From: a virus
Virus record (IMG/VR): IMGVR_UViG_3300046665_000589
Location: 1 to 64,000 of that record
DNA length: 64,000 bases
Strand: one strand, 5' to 3'
Shown here: piece after piece, positions 9,206-18,587 of the stretch
How positions within the stretch are numbered: the first letter of the stretch is position 1
How the letters are laid out: every line of letters starts with the position of its first letter
Notes under the pieces: model-generated
The model's input: the letters and a program-made list of their open reading frames with translations, nothing else
The model's database searches: none
What the model was told of the DNA's origin: nothing
Position numbers and translations under genes: made by a program

Positions 9206-10764
9206 ACGTCGGCGAGCGGCACGAATTGCTCGTCGAAGCAGCCGTCTTCGACGTTGTTGAGCAGCACCAGGCCATGCCAGTGCTTGTTGCCCTGCGGCCC
9301 CAGATAAGACTCAAGGTGTTCGTAGCAGTTGTGATGGCCGTAACCCTCGACCACCATCGTCTTAGCGTCAATCTCGATCTCGACAAACGCATCCTCGCCG
9401 ACCGGCACAATCGAGACGATACACTCAGCCTCGCTGGGACCTTGTACAGTAAGACTCCCCAACATCTCAGGAGAAAATTTGTCCAGCATCCTGGGCGGGC
9501 GAAGGGTGCCCAACACCTTGGCAATCGCGCGGGCACCTCCGCAGACGCGATACTGCCCAGCCGTCCTCGTAACTGCGCAATGGCTGCTGATGTCTACCCC
9601 ACAAACATCACGGAATGCCTCCTCGATACGCCGACATGTTGCAGGGTTGTGGGCCTCAGACTGGGCCAGAGCAAGCTGCACCACACTGCCTCCGGACGTC
9701 TTTCGATGACTTAACGAGCCCTCGCCGCAATACATTCCCGCAAGCCATCCAGACTGCCAGGACTGCACGTGTTCAAACTCATCAAGCAGGCGGACTACAC
9801 GAGTACCCCCACCCTTCTTACCTAGTGCAGACCTGTTGGTAACTCGCAACTGGTCAGTGCGCTTCCAGGCATAGAGGCTGCCGGAGTTTTTGGTGAACCA
9901 TAGGTGGTCGCCGGTCACACGGAAAACCTTACCACTGGATAAAGTGACATCGAACATCTCGCCTCGGGAATGCCTCAGCGCTGTAACCATACCGCTCTTG
10001 AAGCGTCGCTTTCGGCCTCGCTGACCGACGGCCGTAGCGAGCGGCCCCTCGTCGAAGCTGACGAGCCTGTCACCGACCTTGAGGTCCCCTAAGCGGACAT
10101 ACCGAAGATCCGAAGTAAGTACCTTATGTGATGGATGCATACAACTCCCGGCAATAATAGACGTAATTCTACGCCCATCAGCACGGTACGCAGAAGCCAT
10201 CTGGCGACCTTGTTGATGCCCTGCAACACAGGACATAAATTTCTTGTTCATCTGCGCCTGGGCGGACGACGCCGGCCGGCCCATGACCCCGGTCTGAAAG
10301 TAGTGGCTGAAGGCCACCCCGCCAATCACCACCACCTTAAGGAACTCATGCACCTCCCAACCAAACTGCGCGTAGCCCAGATCCTCGAGCCCGATCGCGC
10401 CGGCCAGCATCGGCTCCTCGTTGATGGTGCGCAGGATGCGCTCCTCGTGGTTGCCCAGCGTGAGCACCAGGCGCGGCCGGTAGATGGCGTGTTTGCTGGC
10501 CAGGCGGCGCAGGTTGTACTCGCGCAGCGGTCCCAGCAGGGCTTCCATGCCGGCGCGCGCGGCCTCAATGTCGGCCCGGTAGCGCCGGCCTTCGAACGAC
10601 TTCTTGCCCTTGTCGTAGCTGGAGAGCGACGGCATGTCTGCGAAGTCACCAATACACACGACGACGTCTGGCTTCTCCGCTACGATCATGCGCCCGATGC
10701 AGCGTAGGAACTCGAGGTCGTCGCCGGGGCGGACCTGGGTGTCGGGTATGACGAGAATATTCAT
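9184..10764 (-). CDS. calcineurin-like metallophosphoesterase containing an intein
   Basis: PDTQ, GDFAD, GNHE, SHYF, GHQQ motifs; interrupted after IIAGS by an intein. Confidence 0.9.
   Translation of the reverse strand: MNILVIPDTQVRPGDDLEFLRCIGRMIVAEKPDVVVCIGDFADMPSLSSYDKGKKSFEGRRYRADIEAARAGMEALLGPLREYNLRRLASKHAIYRPRLVLTLGNHEERILRTINEEPMLAGAIGLEDLGYAQFGWEVHEFLKVVVIGGVAFSHYFQTGVMGRPASSAQAQMNKKFMSCVAGHQQGRQMASAYRADGRRITSIIAGSCMHPSHKVLTSDLRYVRLGDLKVGDRLVSFDEGPLATAVGQRGRKRRFKSGMVTALRHSRGEMFDVTLSSGKVFRVTGDHLWFTKNSGSLYAWKRTDQLRVTNRSALGKKGGGTRVVRLLDEFEHVQSWQSGWLAGMYCGEGSLSHRKTSGGSVVQLALAQSEAHNPATCRRIEEAFRDVCGVDISSHCAVTRTAGQYRVCGGARAIAKVLGTLRPPRMLDKFSPEMLGSLTVQGPSEAECIVSIVPVGEDAFVEIEIDAKTMVVEGYGHHNCYEHLESYLGPQGNKHWHGLVLLNNVEDGCFDEQFVPLADVKKKYAA
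9328..10143 (-). mobile_element. intein (272 aa) with LAGLIDADG-type endonuclease region
   Basis: Starts CMHPSHKVLT, block B VTGDHLW, WLAGMYCGEGS, ends HHN before extein Cys; lower GC than host gene. Confidence 0.92.
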
Positions 10765-10931
10765 CAGTCCTCGGCTTCGCGCTGCTCTCGGCGCGCCGCG
10801 GTGAGCGCCAGCAGCTCGCGCTCGCAGCGCCGATAGTGCGCCAGCAGCTTCTCGCTGATCAGGTGCAGCGGCGAGTCGTCCGGCTCGTCCGCCAGCTGGT
10901 GCAGCTCAAGGAGTGGTGCCGTAGAATCCAT
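10764..10931 (-). CDS. hypothetical protein (55 aa)
   Basis: Read by eye MDSTAPLLEL...EAED; TGATG coupling to the phosphoesterase. Confidence 0.55.
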   Translation of the reverse strand: MDSTAPLLELHQLADEPDDSPLHLISEKLLAHYRRCERELLALTAARREQREAED

Positions 10932-11418
10932 TGGCGATCACCCACACTTGCAACTTGTCCAGTTGCAGCGCCAGTGCGTCGGCGCGCTTCGTCATGGCTC
11001 GAAGGCGGCCTTCAATTCGTTCAGGAAGCTCGACGGTGGCGGGGCCGGTTGCATCAGGTCCGCCGGTGCCTGCGGCTTGGGCGGGTCCGGCAGCGGCGCC
11101 GGGACAAACGGTTGCTGGGATGCGCAGCCGGTGATCGCGCCGAGCAAGGTCAGCAGCGTAATCAGCGTTGACAGCTTTAAGAGATTGAGCATAATCGTTC
11201 GACGCCTTGCGGGCGATCGCCTCATAACGGAGTTGGTCGGCACTGCGCTTGCTGACTTCGGCCAGCAGCGCGCCACGCTGGGCTTCCTGCAGCTGCAGCT
11301 TTTCCTTCTGCCAGTCGGCGCGTTCGGACTTGGTGCCGACGTGCACACCGCCAAAGAAGGCGGCGATCGCCAGCACAACGACGCCCAGCGCGGTAGCCAG
11401 GATGGCTTCGATCTTCAT
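10906..11418 (-). CDS. i-spanin (Rz-like)
   Basis: N-terminal TM helix, coiled coil, RLRIPATVC; downstream of endolysin. Confidence 0.85.
   Translation of the reverse strand: MKIEAILATALGVVVLAIAAFFGGVHVGTKSERADWQKEKLQLQEAQRGALLAEVSKRSADQLRYEAIARKASNDYAQSLKAVNADYAADLARRDHRLRIPATVCPGAAAGPAQAAGTGGPDATGPATVELPERIEGRLRAMTKRADALALQLDKLQVWVIANGFYGTTP
10992..11192 (-). CDS. o-spanin (Rz1-like lipoprotein) embedded in i-spanin
   Basis: MLNLLKLSTLITLLTLLGAITG-C lipobox then Pro-rich mature part, alternative frame. Confidence 0.85.
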   Translation of the reverse strand: MLNLLKLSTLITLLTLLGAITGCASQQPFVPAPLPDPPKPQAPADLMQPAPPPSSFLNELKAAFEP

Positions 11419-11792
11419 GCTGGCTCCCGGCGGCAAAAGAACGGCAGCGCGTAGAAGCGGCCGGGATAGCCGATCCGCATCTTCTTTTCGTTGTGCAGCT
11501 CGATGAAGCGCTGCTGACCGGCCTCGTCCAGATGATAAAAATAAAACTTGTGGCCGGGTGCCTTAACCTCTCCTGCGTCGTGCAGGTAGGCTTTGTAGCC
11601 CTTGTCAGTCGGCCCGACCTCGCCGCCAGCCTCCACGAACGCCAGGAATGCCTCCTGGCTCACGCTGCCGCAGTAGGTGCAGGTGCCGTCCGCGCGGTAC
11701 TCATCCAGGTTCGAGCCGCTCATCCTCATCGGCGAGTCGTCGCGATCCATGCCCTGCACGCGGCGGTAGCCGCAGGTATATTTGTCCGTCAT
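11415..11792 (-). CDS. hypothetical protein with CxxC, inside the lysis cassette
   Basis: ATGA overlaps on both sides; CTYCGS. Confidence 0.75.
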   Translation of the reverse strand: MTDKYTCGYRRVQGMDRDDSPMRMSGSNLDEYRADGTCTYCGSVSQEAFLAFVEAGGEVGPTDKGYKAYLHDAGEVKAPGHKFYFYHLDEAGQQRFIELHNEKKMRIGYPGRFYALPFFCRREPA

Positions 11793-12442
11793 GCCAATGC
11801 CTCCAAGGTTGCGCGGGTCATCGCCGCCCGCTCGGCCAGCGCATTGTTGCCGCCGTTGATGGCGCGCGAGATCGCGTCGACTTCATGGGCGTTGGCCAGT
11901 CCGTTCAAGCTGTGGCCGAGCGGGTTGCCGGCGTGCCAGTACCAGGCAGCCGCGAGGCACCCCGCCTCCGGTTGTTCGAGCATCTCCGGGGAACTGACCA
12001 GGTCGATGCCGAGCGCGTTGCCGCAGCGCAGGTAGTTGACCTTGCCGGTGATTTGGATTGGACCGCGCCCGCGGTAGCGCCAGCCGTCCTCCGAGTGCAC
12101 ATCGCCGTTGCCCAGCCGGTTGGCGTAGGCGATCGAGGCGATCATGCGCTGGTCGGCCGGATGCCGGGCAGTGCGCCCGAACTGTTCGGCCTGGGCAGGC
12201 GTGAAGCGGGTCACGCGGCTGGTGTTGAACGTCGACAGCAGCGCCTGTGGCGTGTAGTTCAGGTTCTCGACCATGCGCGTGAATCCCGCCGACTCGACCA
12301 GCAGCTGCGCGGTGAAATGGGCCTGCTCGACCGGCGAAACGATCGCGAAACGATGCATCGCCGCGTTCAGCGCCGGCAGGTACAGGCCGACCCGGGCAGG
12401 GCCCAGGTTCGGCGCGACCTTCAAGAGTTGTTGGCTGTTCAT
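11789..12442 (-). CDS. endolysin, glycoside hydrolase family 19
   Basis: AHFTAQLLVESAGF, ENLNY, DGWRYRGRGPIQITGKVNY, INGG. Confidence 0.92.
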   Translation of the reverse strand: MNSQQLLKVAPNLGPARVGLYLPALNAAMHRFAIVSPVEQAHFTAQLLVESAGFTRMVENLNYTPQALLSTFNTSRVTRFTPAQAEQFGRTARHPADQRMIASIAYANRLGNGDVHSEDGWRYRGRGPIQITGKVNYLRCGNALGIDLVSSPEMLEQPEAGCLAAAWYWHAGNPLGHSLNGLANAHEVDAISRAINGGNNALAERAAMTRATLEALA

Positions 12443-12672
12443 TGGCGGTGCGTCCGGTTGATGCTGGCCGCCATGTTGTAGACCACGGCGGCGAAGCCGA
12501 CCGCCTTATAGATGTTCTCGGGCAGGTACGGCGCCAGCGACGGCAGGTTGGTGTTGACCGCGTCCATGATCTCGGCGCTGAACGGCAGGGCCGCCACCAG
12601 CGCGGCGTTGACCCAGGTGGTGATCCGGCGCAGCTCAATGCGGATCGTGTCTTTTAGTTCTTGGAACGTCAT
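12439..12672 (-). CDS. putative holin/antiholin (77 aa)
   Basis: Two hydrophobic segments, immediately upstream of endolysin, RBS AGGAGG. Confidence 0.65.
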   Translation of the reverse strand: MTFQELKDTIRIELRRITTWVNAALVAALPFSAEIMDAVNTNLPSLAPYLPENIYKAVGFAAVVYNMAASINRTHRQ

Positions 12673-12902
12673 GTGGCCTCCTGTTTGCGCTGGCGCCGGC
12701 GCGCCAACCAGTTCTGCACCGTCGCCGTCTCGTACAGCCGCACCAGCGACCACACCAGCGTGACCACGGCGGTCAGGTGCGGGATCAGGCTGAACAGGGT
12801 GGCCAGCAGCAAGCCGACCGACGCCAGGTCCAGCTGGTTCTTGTAGGGCTCGATCGCGCCCCAGAATACGTGCACCGAGTGCTTGACCTCGGCCAACGTC
12901 AT
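12669..12902 (-). CDS. putative holin (77 aa)
   Basis: Hydrophobic core and strongly basic C-terminus RRRQRK. Confidence 0.7.
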   Translation of the reverse strand: MTLAEVKHSVHVFWGAIEPYKNQLDLASVGLLLATLFSLIPHLTAVVTLVWSLVRLYETATVQNWLARRRQRKQEAT

Positions 12903-13019
12903 TGGCGCGCCTCGTAGTCCGGCTCGAACAGTTCCTCCAGAAGGGCCAGGAACATCTCGCACCAAAAATGCGGACTGAAGAGAATTGCCATGATTGACCC
13001 CTGGAAATGATTAACCAAA

Positions 13020-13063
13020 ATTCTAGGGGTATTTGAACGTGCCGTCTAGCAATACTTGTGCCA
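13020..13063 (-). promoter_or_regulatory. lysis promoter: TGGCACAAGTATTGCT box abutting TAGACG-17-TAGAAT
   Basis: Direct reading of minus strand. Confidence 0.65.
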
Positions 13064-13080
13064 GCCGTCAACTTGTTGCG

Positions 13081-13458
13081 TCAAGGTCGTTCGTCGTCCT
13101 GCACCTCGGCGTCGAGGATCTCGAGCGCGCGGCCGGCTTCCAGCAAGCCGCCATCCTCCAGCGTCTGCACGTTGGTGCGTACCTCCGGGTCGTCTAGGTC
13201 GACATAGGAGGCGGCCGCCAAGTCGGCCTGGGCCACGCGCAGGTCGGCTGCCTGCTGGCGCACCGTCATGCCGGCGCCCGGGTTGTCCAGCGCGGCCAGC
13301 TCCAGCGCCACCCGCTCGGCGCGGGTAAAACGCTTGCGGAAGGCCAGCACCGTGATGTGGCGCGGCAGGGCCAGCACCACCTCCGGGCGCGCCGCCAGTT
13401 CTGCCTCCTCCTCGAGCGTCAGTTCGCGCACCTCGCCGTTTTCAATTACTGTTGCCAT
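13081..13458 (-). CDS. tail fibre-associated protein (possible assembly chaperone)
   Basis: Follows fibre gene; ITVLAFRKRFTRAER and YVDLDD patterns. Confidence 0.55.
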   Translation of the reverse strand: MATVIENGEVRELTLEEEAELAARPEVVLALPRHITVLAFRKRFTRAERVALELAALDNPGAGMTVRQQAADLRVAQADLAAASYVDLDDPEVRTNVQTLEDGGLLEAGRALEILDAEVQDDERP

Positions 13459-13467
13459 AGGTCTTCC

Positions 13468-15252
13468 TTATTTCTTGATGCCGTACAGGGTGATGGTGCC
13501 GCCGGCAAAGATGCCGCCGCCTCCCGGGTAAATGCGTATGCCCTCAATCGCTGTGTTGCCGAGGTACTGCCAGACCTTGGTGATATCGGCGTACTGGCCA
13601 CTGCCAGGCTGCGTCGATCCACGCAAGGCGACTGGGCGCTTACTCGTGCTTCCGGGCATCATGATCTCGACCGTAGCCGAGAGCAACTGGCCGCCCGGCA
13701 GCCCTTGCGGCGCCATCGAGATACCTGTCGAGGTTGTGCTCGAAGCGGTTGACGCCAGCGAGACGTAGTTTGAGCCGCTATCCACGCTCCCGCCGGCCAT
13801 CATCTGCAAAGTCGGTGAGCCAGACGTGCTTTGCGAAATACCCTGAATCTCCAGCACCAGCTTGGCGTAGGGCGAGGTGTCGATGCCGGAAAACCCGACA
13901 TACGCAGGGCTGCCGCTGATGACGGCAGTGCCGAGTGGGACCGTCGGGATGTAGGTATTGACGTTCCCTGAGTGCAAGAAGGTCTTGCCGCTGCTGTGAG
14001 TGATGTCGCCGCCGTAGGCGAACAGAAAGTTTTCGGTGGCGTTGTTATCGTTGCCGCCCATTGCGATAAAAGCACCGCCGCTCCAGGTAGTGTCCCCTGC
14101 CCGGTAGGCGCCCCACACGAGATGCTGGCGATAGCCGCCGCCGACCCGCGTGATCTGGTGCATGGCTGGCGCGAACCCTGCACCAGCCAGCACCAGCTCG
14201 GCAACTTCGAGGGGCGCGGTCGCCAAGCCGGTGACGGCGGCCACCTGCCCTGGTGGGCGGGTGATGAGCGAATTACCGGCAGCCATCGTGAGCGGCCCCG
14301 TCAGCGTACCGCCACCCAATGGCAGTTTGGTGCTGTCGGCCACAGTGATAGGGGTTAAGCCATCGAACGGCACGCCGTTGATGTTGACCGGAGCGGCGAG
14401 CTTGGTTGCCGTATCGGCCTTGCCCGTGAAGCTGGCAGCGTTGACCGGCAATGCTGCCCGGTCGTAAATGACCGACATTGACAACGCGTTCTTCACCGCA
14501 GGACCGTCGCTAGTAACCCCGCGCACCCGCAGGTAGATCGGGTTGCTGCTGGAGGCTAGGTGGGCGATGGGGATCGCGTATTTGCTGGAAGCCGCACTCC
14601 ACACCAATTCGCCAATGGCGAAGTGAAGCGGCGTATTTCCCACCGCTTCGACCACCTGGCTGGTGTTGTTCCAGATGTTGTTGTTGGGGTTGACCCCGAT
14701 CTGGAAACGCTTGACGATACCTCCTGCAGCGTTAGCGTCGGCATAGGTCGAACCCAGCGTTACTTCGATAAAGCCAGAGAAGGAGATGTTGCCCAGCTCC
14801 AGGTCCACGGCCTTCCCAGCAACAGCCGGGAAGAGCACGCTGAACGTGCGCTCGAAAGCGCACTGCATCGACAGACCAGCGGAGTTGACCGCCGCGCTGA
14901 CATCGGCACCGGTCAGCCCAAGGCTGGCACCTGTCAGCGTCACGTTGCCGCCTACCGCGGCTACGCCATTCACGGTCGTAACCGAGCCGGCACTGGCAGC
15001 CACTTCCCAGTTGGTGGTGTCCGCGCTTGGCACGACAGTGCCGGCGCCGGCCACCTTGCGGCGCCAAGTCGAGCCGCCACTGGTGGCCAGGTCGTCCACA
15101 GCATAGGTGGCACCGGAAATCCAGGCACCGGTCCAGTTCAGCCCCTTCGCGCCCGTATCGCCCTTCTCGCCCTTGGCAAGGTCGGCCAGCCTGGATAGAT
15201 AGTTCAGCTGGACGATGTAGTCGGTCTGGCCGTAGTAGAAACGGTCTGCCAT
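13468..15252 (-). CDS. tail fibre / receptor-binding protein
   Basis: GEKGDTG, W.GAW..G.TY..DD, VTTVNG, ADTATKL...INGVPFDG, LPLGGGTLTG fibre motifs; lower GC. Confidence 0.85.
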   Translation of the reverse strand: MADRFYYGQTDYIVQLNYLSRLADLAKGEKGDTGAKGLNWTGAWISGATYAVDDLATSGGSTWRRKVAGAGTVVPSADTTNWEVAASAGSVTTVNGVAAVGGNVTLTGASLGLTGADVSAAVNSAGLSMQCAFERTFSVLFPAVAGKAVDLELGNISFSGFIEVTLGSTYADANAAGGIVKRFQIGVNPNNNIWNNTSQVVEAVGNTPLHFAIGELVWSAASSKYAIPIAHLASSSNPIYLRVRGVTSDGPAVKNALSMSVIYDRAALPVNAASFTGKADTATKLAAPVNINGVPFDGLTPITVADSTKLPLGGGTLTGPLTMAAGNSLITRPPGQVAAVTGLATAPLEVAELVLAGAGFAPAMHQITRVGGGYRQHLVWGAYRAGDTTWSGGAFIAMGGNDNNATENFLFAYGGDITHSSGKTFLHSGNVNTYIPTVPLGTAVISGSPAYVGFSGIDTSPYAKLVLEIQGISQSTSGSPTLQMMAGGSVDSGSNYVSLASTASSTTSTGISMAPQGLPGGQLLSATVEIMMPGSTSKRPVALRGSTQPGSGQYADITKVWQYLGNTAIEGIRIYPGGGGIFAGGTITLYGIKK

Positions 15253-16596
15253 CTAGATGCTCTCGATTTCAAGTGTTGCCGCGGCAAGGTTAAAAGAAGG
15301 CAAGGTCATCGACGGAGTCGTGACCAGCTTGCCGTATAGCTGGTGATCCTGCTCGCGCGCGGTGTCGGCGTCGTTCGGGAACACGCTGACAAATACTGGG
15401 CGCGTGATGCCGTTGCCGCGCAGGATGCTGAACAGCTTGGCGCGGTCGACCGGCTCGAGTTTGGTCATGGGCAGCGCCAGCTTGACGCTGCGCGACCCCT
15501 GATCACTCATCAGGTCGCCGGCATCGTTGCGAAAGTTCTTGCTGGCGTCAAGCGGCTGGGCCGACGCGCCGTAATCGGCATTCTTGGCCGGCTCCCAGTA
15601 CGCGCCACAGACTAGCCGCGCGGCCTCGATGTAGCCACCCGGGTTGCCTGCATCGGTGATCTCAATACGCAGCGCGCGCACCGCGGCCGGTGCGGCGATC
15701 CAGGCACGTGCCAGGTTGCCTCCGCCATAGGCGTAAGCATTGGCGCCGAGCGGCGCGGTGCCCCAGCCCCACAGCCCGAACGGCGCGCCAGGGCAGGCGT
15801 ACACCCAGAGGGTGTCGAGATTGTACGACTGCCAACTGTCCATATAGCCGAGCGGACGGGTGGCGGGCGCGTTGGTCGTGTTCGGGTAATAGCTGTCAGG
15901 CACTAAGCCGGTTTGCAGTTGCGCACCGAACATCTCGTACGCGCCGCTGCTAAGGAACTGGATGTCGAAAAACCTGTAGGTCATGCCGGCAGGCATGTTG
16001 GCGCTGTTCGCGCTCAGCCGCCGCCAGGCGCCGTCCAGCGTCACCTGCTGCACCGTACCGTCGCAGCAGTCGAGTGTGATAGTCCGAGGCACCCCGTCAG
16101 GAGTACGCAGGAAGATCGAGGCGCAGTAGACGGTCCCAGGCGTACCGCTGCCTGTATCACCGAAGCGAACAGTCGACGAACCATTCGGAGTGCCGACAGT
16201 AAGGCGGCGCACCCCGGCTACTCCATCTGGCCCGGACGAACCAGCAACCACCCCGTTATCCGTAATATTGCCGCCAAAAATCTGGTAGACGCCGGAGCTC
16301 TCGCGCAACGAGCTGTACGAGATGTAGTTAGTGGCCGGGTCCTCGTTGGTGCCGCGCACCCGAATCGCTGCTTGCGCCGACAGGTTGCAGTATGGCAAAG
16401 CCACGCCCGCGATCATTTCGGCCGTCGGCCAGGACAGGTCCAGGGTTGCCGCAGGGATGCCTGCACTAGTTGAGCGCCACACCACCGACTTCAGGTCGCT
16501 CTTCAGGTTCGCCGCCACCAGCGCGCCGACGCTCGACGACGCGCTCAGAGTGGCGCGGTCGGCGGCATTGTCATAGATGACGCGCAGGTTGGGCAT
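15253..16596 (-). CDS. tail tip protein with inserted carbohydrate-binding-like domain
   Basis: Position in tail module; central lower-GC beta-rich segment ending FGAQLQTG. Confidence 0.65.
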   Translation of the reverse strand: MPNLRVIYDNAADRATLSASSSVGALVAANLKSDLKSVVWRSTSAGIPAATLDLSWPTAEMIAGVALPYCNLSAQAAIRVRGTNEDPATNYISYSSLRESSGVYQIFGGNITDNGVVAGSSGPDGVAGVRRLTVGTPNGSSTVRFGDTGSGTPGTVYCASIFLRTPDGVPRTITLDCCDGTVQQVTLDGAWRRLSANSANMPAGMTYRFFDIQFLSSGAYEMFGAQLQTGLVPDSYYPNTTNAPATRPLGYMDSWQSYNLDTLWVYACPGAPFGLWGWGTAPLGANAYAYGGGNLARAWIAAPAAVRALRIEITDAGNPGGYIEAARLVCGAYWEPAKNADYGASAQPLDASKNFRNDAGDLMSDQGSRSVKLALPMTKLEPVDRAKLFSILRGNGITRPVFVSVFPNDADTAREQDHQLYGKLVTTPSMTLPSFNLAAATLEIESI

Positions 16597-16646
16597 GGTC
16601 GCATTTGGCTAAGTTCCGGTAGGCAAGAGCATGGCACAGTTCTTGC

Positions 16647-18587
16647 CTACAGTCCAGCTTCAAGCTGCTGGACCCGCGCCCTCAACGCCGCCACCTCGGC
16701 CGACATCTCCTGCAACGCCTTGATCATCGGTGCAATCAGCTCCTCGTAGCGCAAGGCTTGGCGTGAGCTCAAATCGTCCTTGTCGGCCAGGACCCAGAAC
16801 GCGGCATCGCGCTCGCCCAGGGCTTCTTTGACTTCCTGTGCGATCAGCCCGTAGTGGCGACGTACTCCGGGTACCACCGTCTCGACCATCTCGTAACGTG
16901 GCGGCTCGTTCTCCAGCCGTGGGCCGGGGAGCTCGGCGCCGCGGGTGACGATGCGCTGCGCTTCCGTCAGGCGGTACGACACCGGGCGCAGCGCGTTGAT
17001 GAATTCCAGACCGAGGTCGGAGTCTTCGACCTCAGTCTTATAGCTCCGGTCCGACGTCACCACCACTGCCGATGAGCTGTAGATGCCGGACCAGGCGTTA
17101 CCGGACGTGCCGAGCGTGCCGCCGCCGGTCACATTGCCGCTGATGTAGGCATTGCCGTACGCCTGGAAGGCGTCGGCGGAGCTGACCGACTGGCACTGCA
17201 GCGCAGTGTAGCTGCTGTAGCTGCCGCCGTTGGCGAAAGCACCGACACCGCCGATAAGGTTGTCGGCCCAGACCACGCCACCACTGCTGACCTGGAACGT
17301 GGTACCGCCGCTACCGATGTAGATTTCGATACTGGACAGGGTGCCGGTACTGATCTTGCTGGCGCTCAGGTTAGAAATGTAGGCATCGCCGATCGCCGCG
17401 CTGGCGATGTAGGTGCCGACGTTGGCGGCCGTGATCTGGCCGTAGATGTTGTTGTCGAACGACGCGCCGAAAGTGGCGCCGTAGTCGATGCTCGACAGCT
17501 TGGCGCCCTCGGTTGAATTCAGGCCTGCCAGCGATGTCGGACGTCCGGACACCCAGGTCGCGTAATCCAACTTGAAGCTGGTGCCGCTGCCTAGGATCAG
17601 TGTGCCGTCCGGCTTACGCAACTCCAGGCCGTTGGAGTTGATCTTGCTGGCCGTGACCGTACCCGGCACGATCAGGCTGCCGTCGACCACCGTGCCCTGC
17701 GCCGCCCAGGCACTGCCGGTCCAGACCTTGACCATCACGAAGTTGGTGCCGTTCGAGATGGTGACAGTGTCGTTGGGCAGCGGCGTACTGCCGGGGCAGG
17801 CGGCGCTGGCGACGACGTCCGACCAGCTGCTGCCGGTCGCGTAGTAGTTGCCGGCGCCGCGGGTGCCGGGCACGCCGCTGCCGCCGCGGAATTTGGACCA
17901 CACGTAGTCGGCCGGGTTGGTGCTCTCGGTCGCGGTCGGCTTGTTGACGGCCAGCCCCAGGTACAGCGTGTTCTCGGTCGGCAGGTCGTACAGGCCGCTG
18001 CCGTCGGCATTGTCCGAATACTTGATCCAGGTGTACAGCGTGGCGCCGGTCGGGCCGGTCGGGCCGGGCAGACCGTCGGTACCCTTGATCAGCGACCAGC
18101 TGTAGTCGGCCGCCGTGGTCGACTCCACCGGCGTTGCCTTGTTGTAGGCCAGGCCGATGTAAGTCTTCCCGGTCGGATCGTCCGACAGCCCGGCGCCGGC
18201 CGCGCTGTCGGCGTACTTCACCCAAGTGTAGGTGGTGCTGCCATCACGGATCTTGGCCACGCTGTACGAGCTCGAGTAGACGATGCCGGCGTAGGTCAGG
18301 GTCACCGTCACCAGCGCCACGTCGGCGCTCATGTTGGCGGCCGTCAGGGTGCGCACGTTGGCGCCGCTGCCGGTCAGGGTGCCGCCGCTGATCGCCCAGC
18401 TGACCACCCCCGGCGCGCCGAGCTGGATCGCGGTCAGCGTCACGCTGGCCGGGGTCGGGCTGCTGCCGTCGAGCGCGGTGCGGATGACCGGGCTGCTGCC
18501 GGTCAGCAACAGGCCGCTGCCGTAGGCGCCGAAGCGCGGTTCGGCGCTGCGCAGCAGCAGGTCGAGGTCGTTGACGATCGTGCTCAT
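16647..18587 (-). CDS. tail fibre/spike with C-terminal S74-type intramolecular chaperone
   Basis: TSDRSYK, INALRPVSY, HYGLIAQEV, LRYEELIAPMIKALQE; collagen-like GPT repeats. Confidence 0.85.
   Translation of the reverse strand: MSTIVNDLDLLLRSAEPRFGAYGSGLLLTGSSPVIRTALDGSSPTPASVTLTAIQLGAPGVVSWAISGGTLTGSGANVRTLTAANMSADVALVTVTLTYAGIVYSSSYSVAKIRDGSTTYTWVKYADSAAGAGLSDDPTGKTYIGLAYNKATPVESTTAADYSWSLIKGTDGLPGPTGPTGATLYTWIKYSDNADGSGLYDLPTENTLYLGLAVNKPTATESTNPADYVWSKFRGGSGVPGTRGAGNYYATGSSWSDVVASAACPGSTPLPNDTVTISNGTNFVMVKVWTGSAWAAQGTVVDGSLIVPGTVTASKINSNGLELRKPDGTLILGSGTSFKLDYATWVSGRPTSLAGLNSTEGAKLSSIDYGATFGASFDNNIYGQITAANVGTYIASAAIGDAYISNLSASKISTGTLSSIEIYIGSGGTTFQVSSGGVVWADNLIGGVGAFANGGSYSSYTALQCQSVSSADAFQAYGNAYISGNVTGGGTLGTSGNAWSGIYSSSAVVVTSDRSYKTEVEDSDLGLEFINALRPVSYRLTEAQRIVTRGAELPGPRLENEPPRYEMVETVVPGVRRHYGLIAQEVKEALGERDAAFWVLADKDDLSSRQALRYEELIAPMIKALQEMSAEVAALRARVQQLEAGL

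Noticed and set aside
13468-18587. Diversity-generating retroelement or invertible fibre cassette
   Set aside because: No reverse transcriptase, invertase or template/variable repeat pair seen
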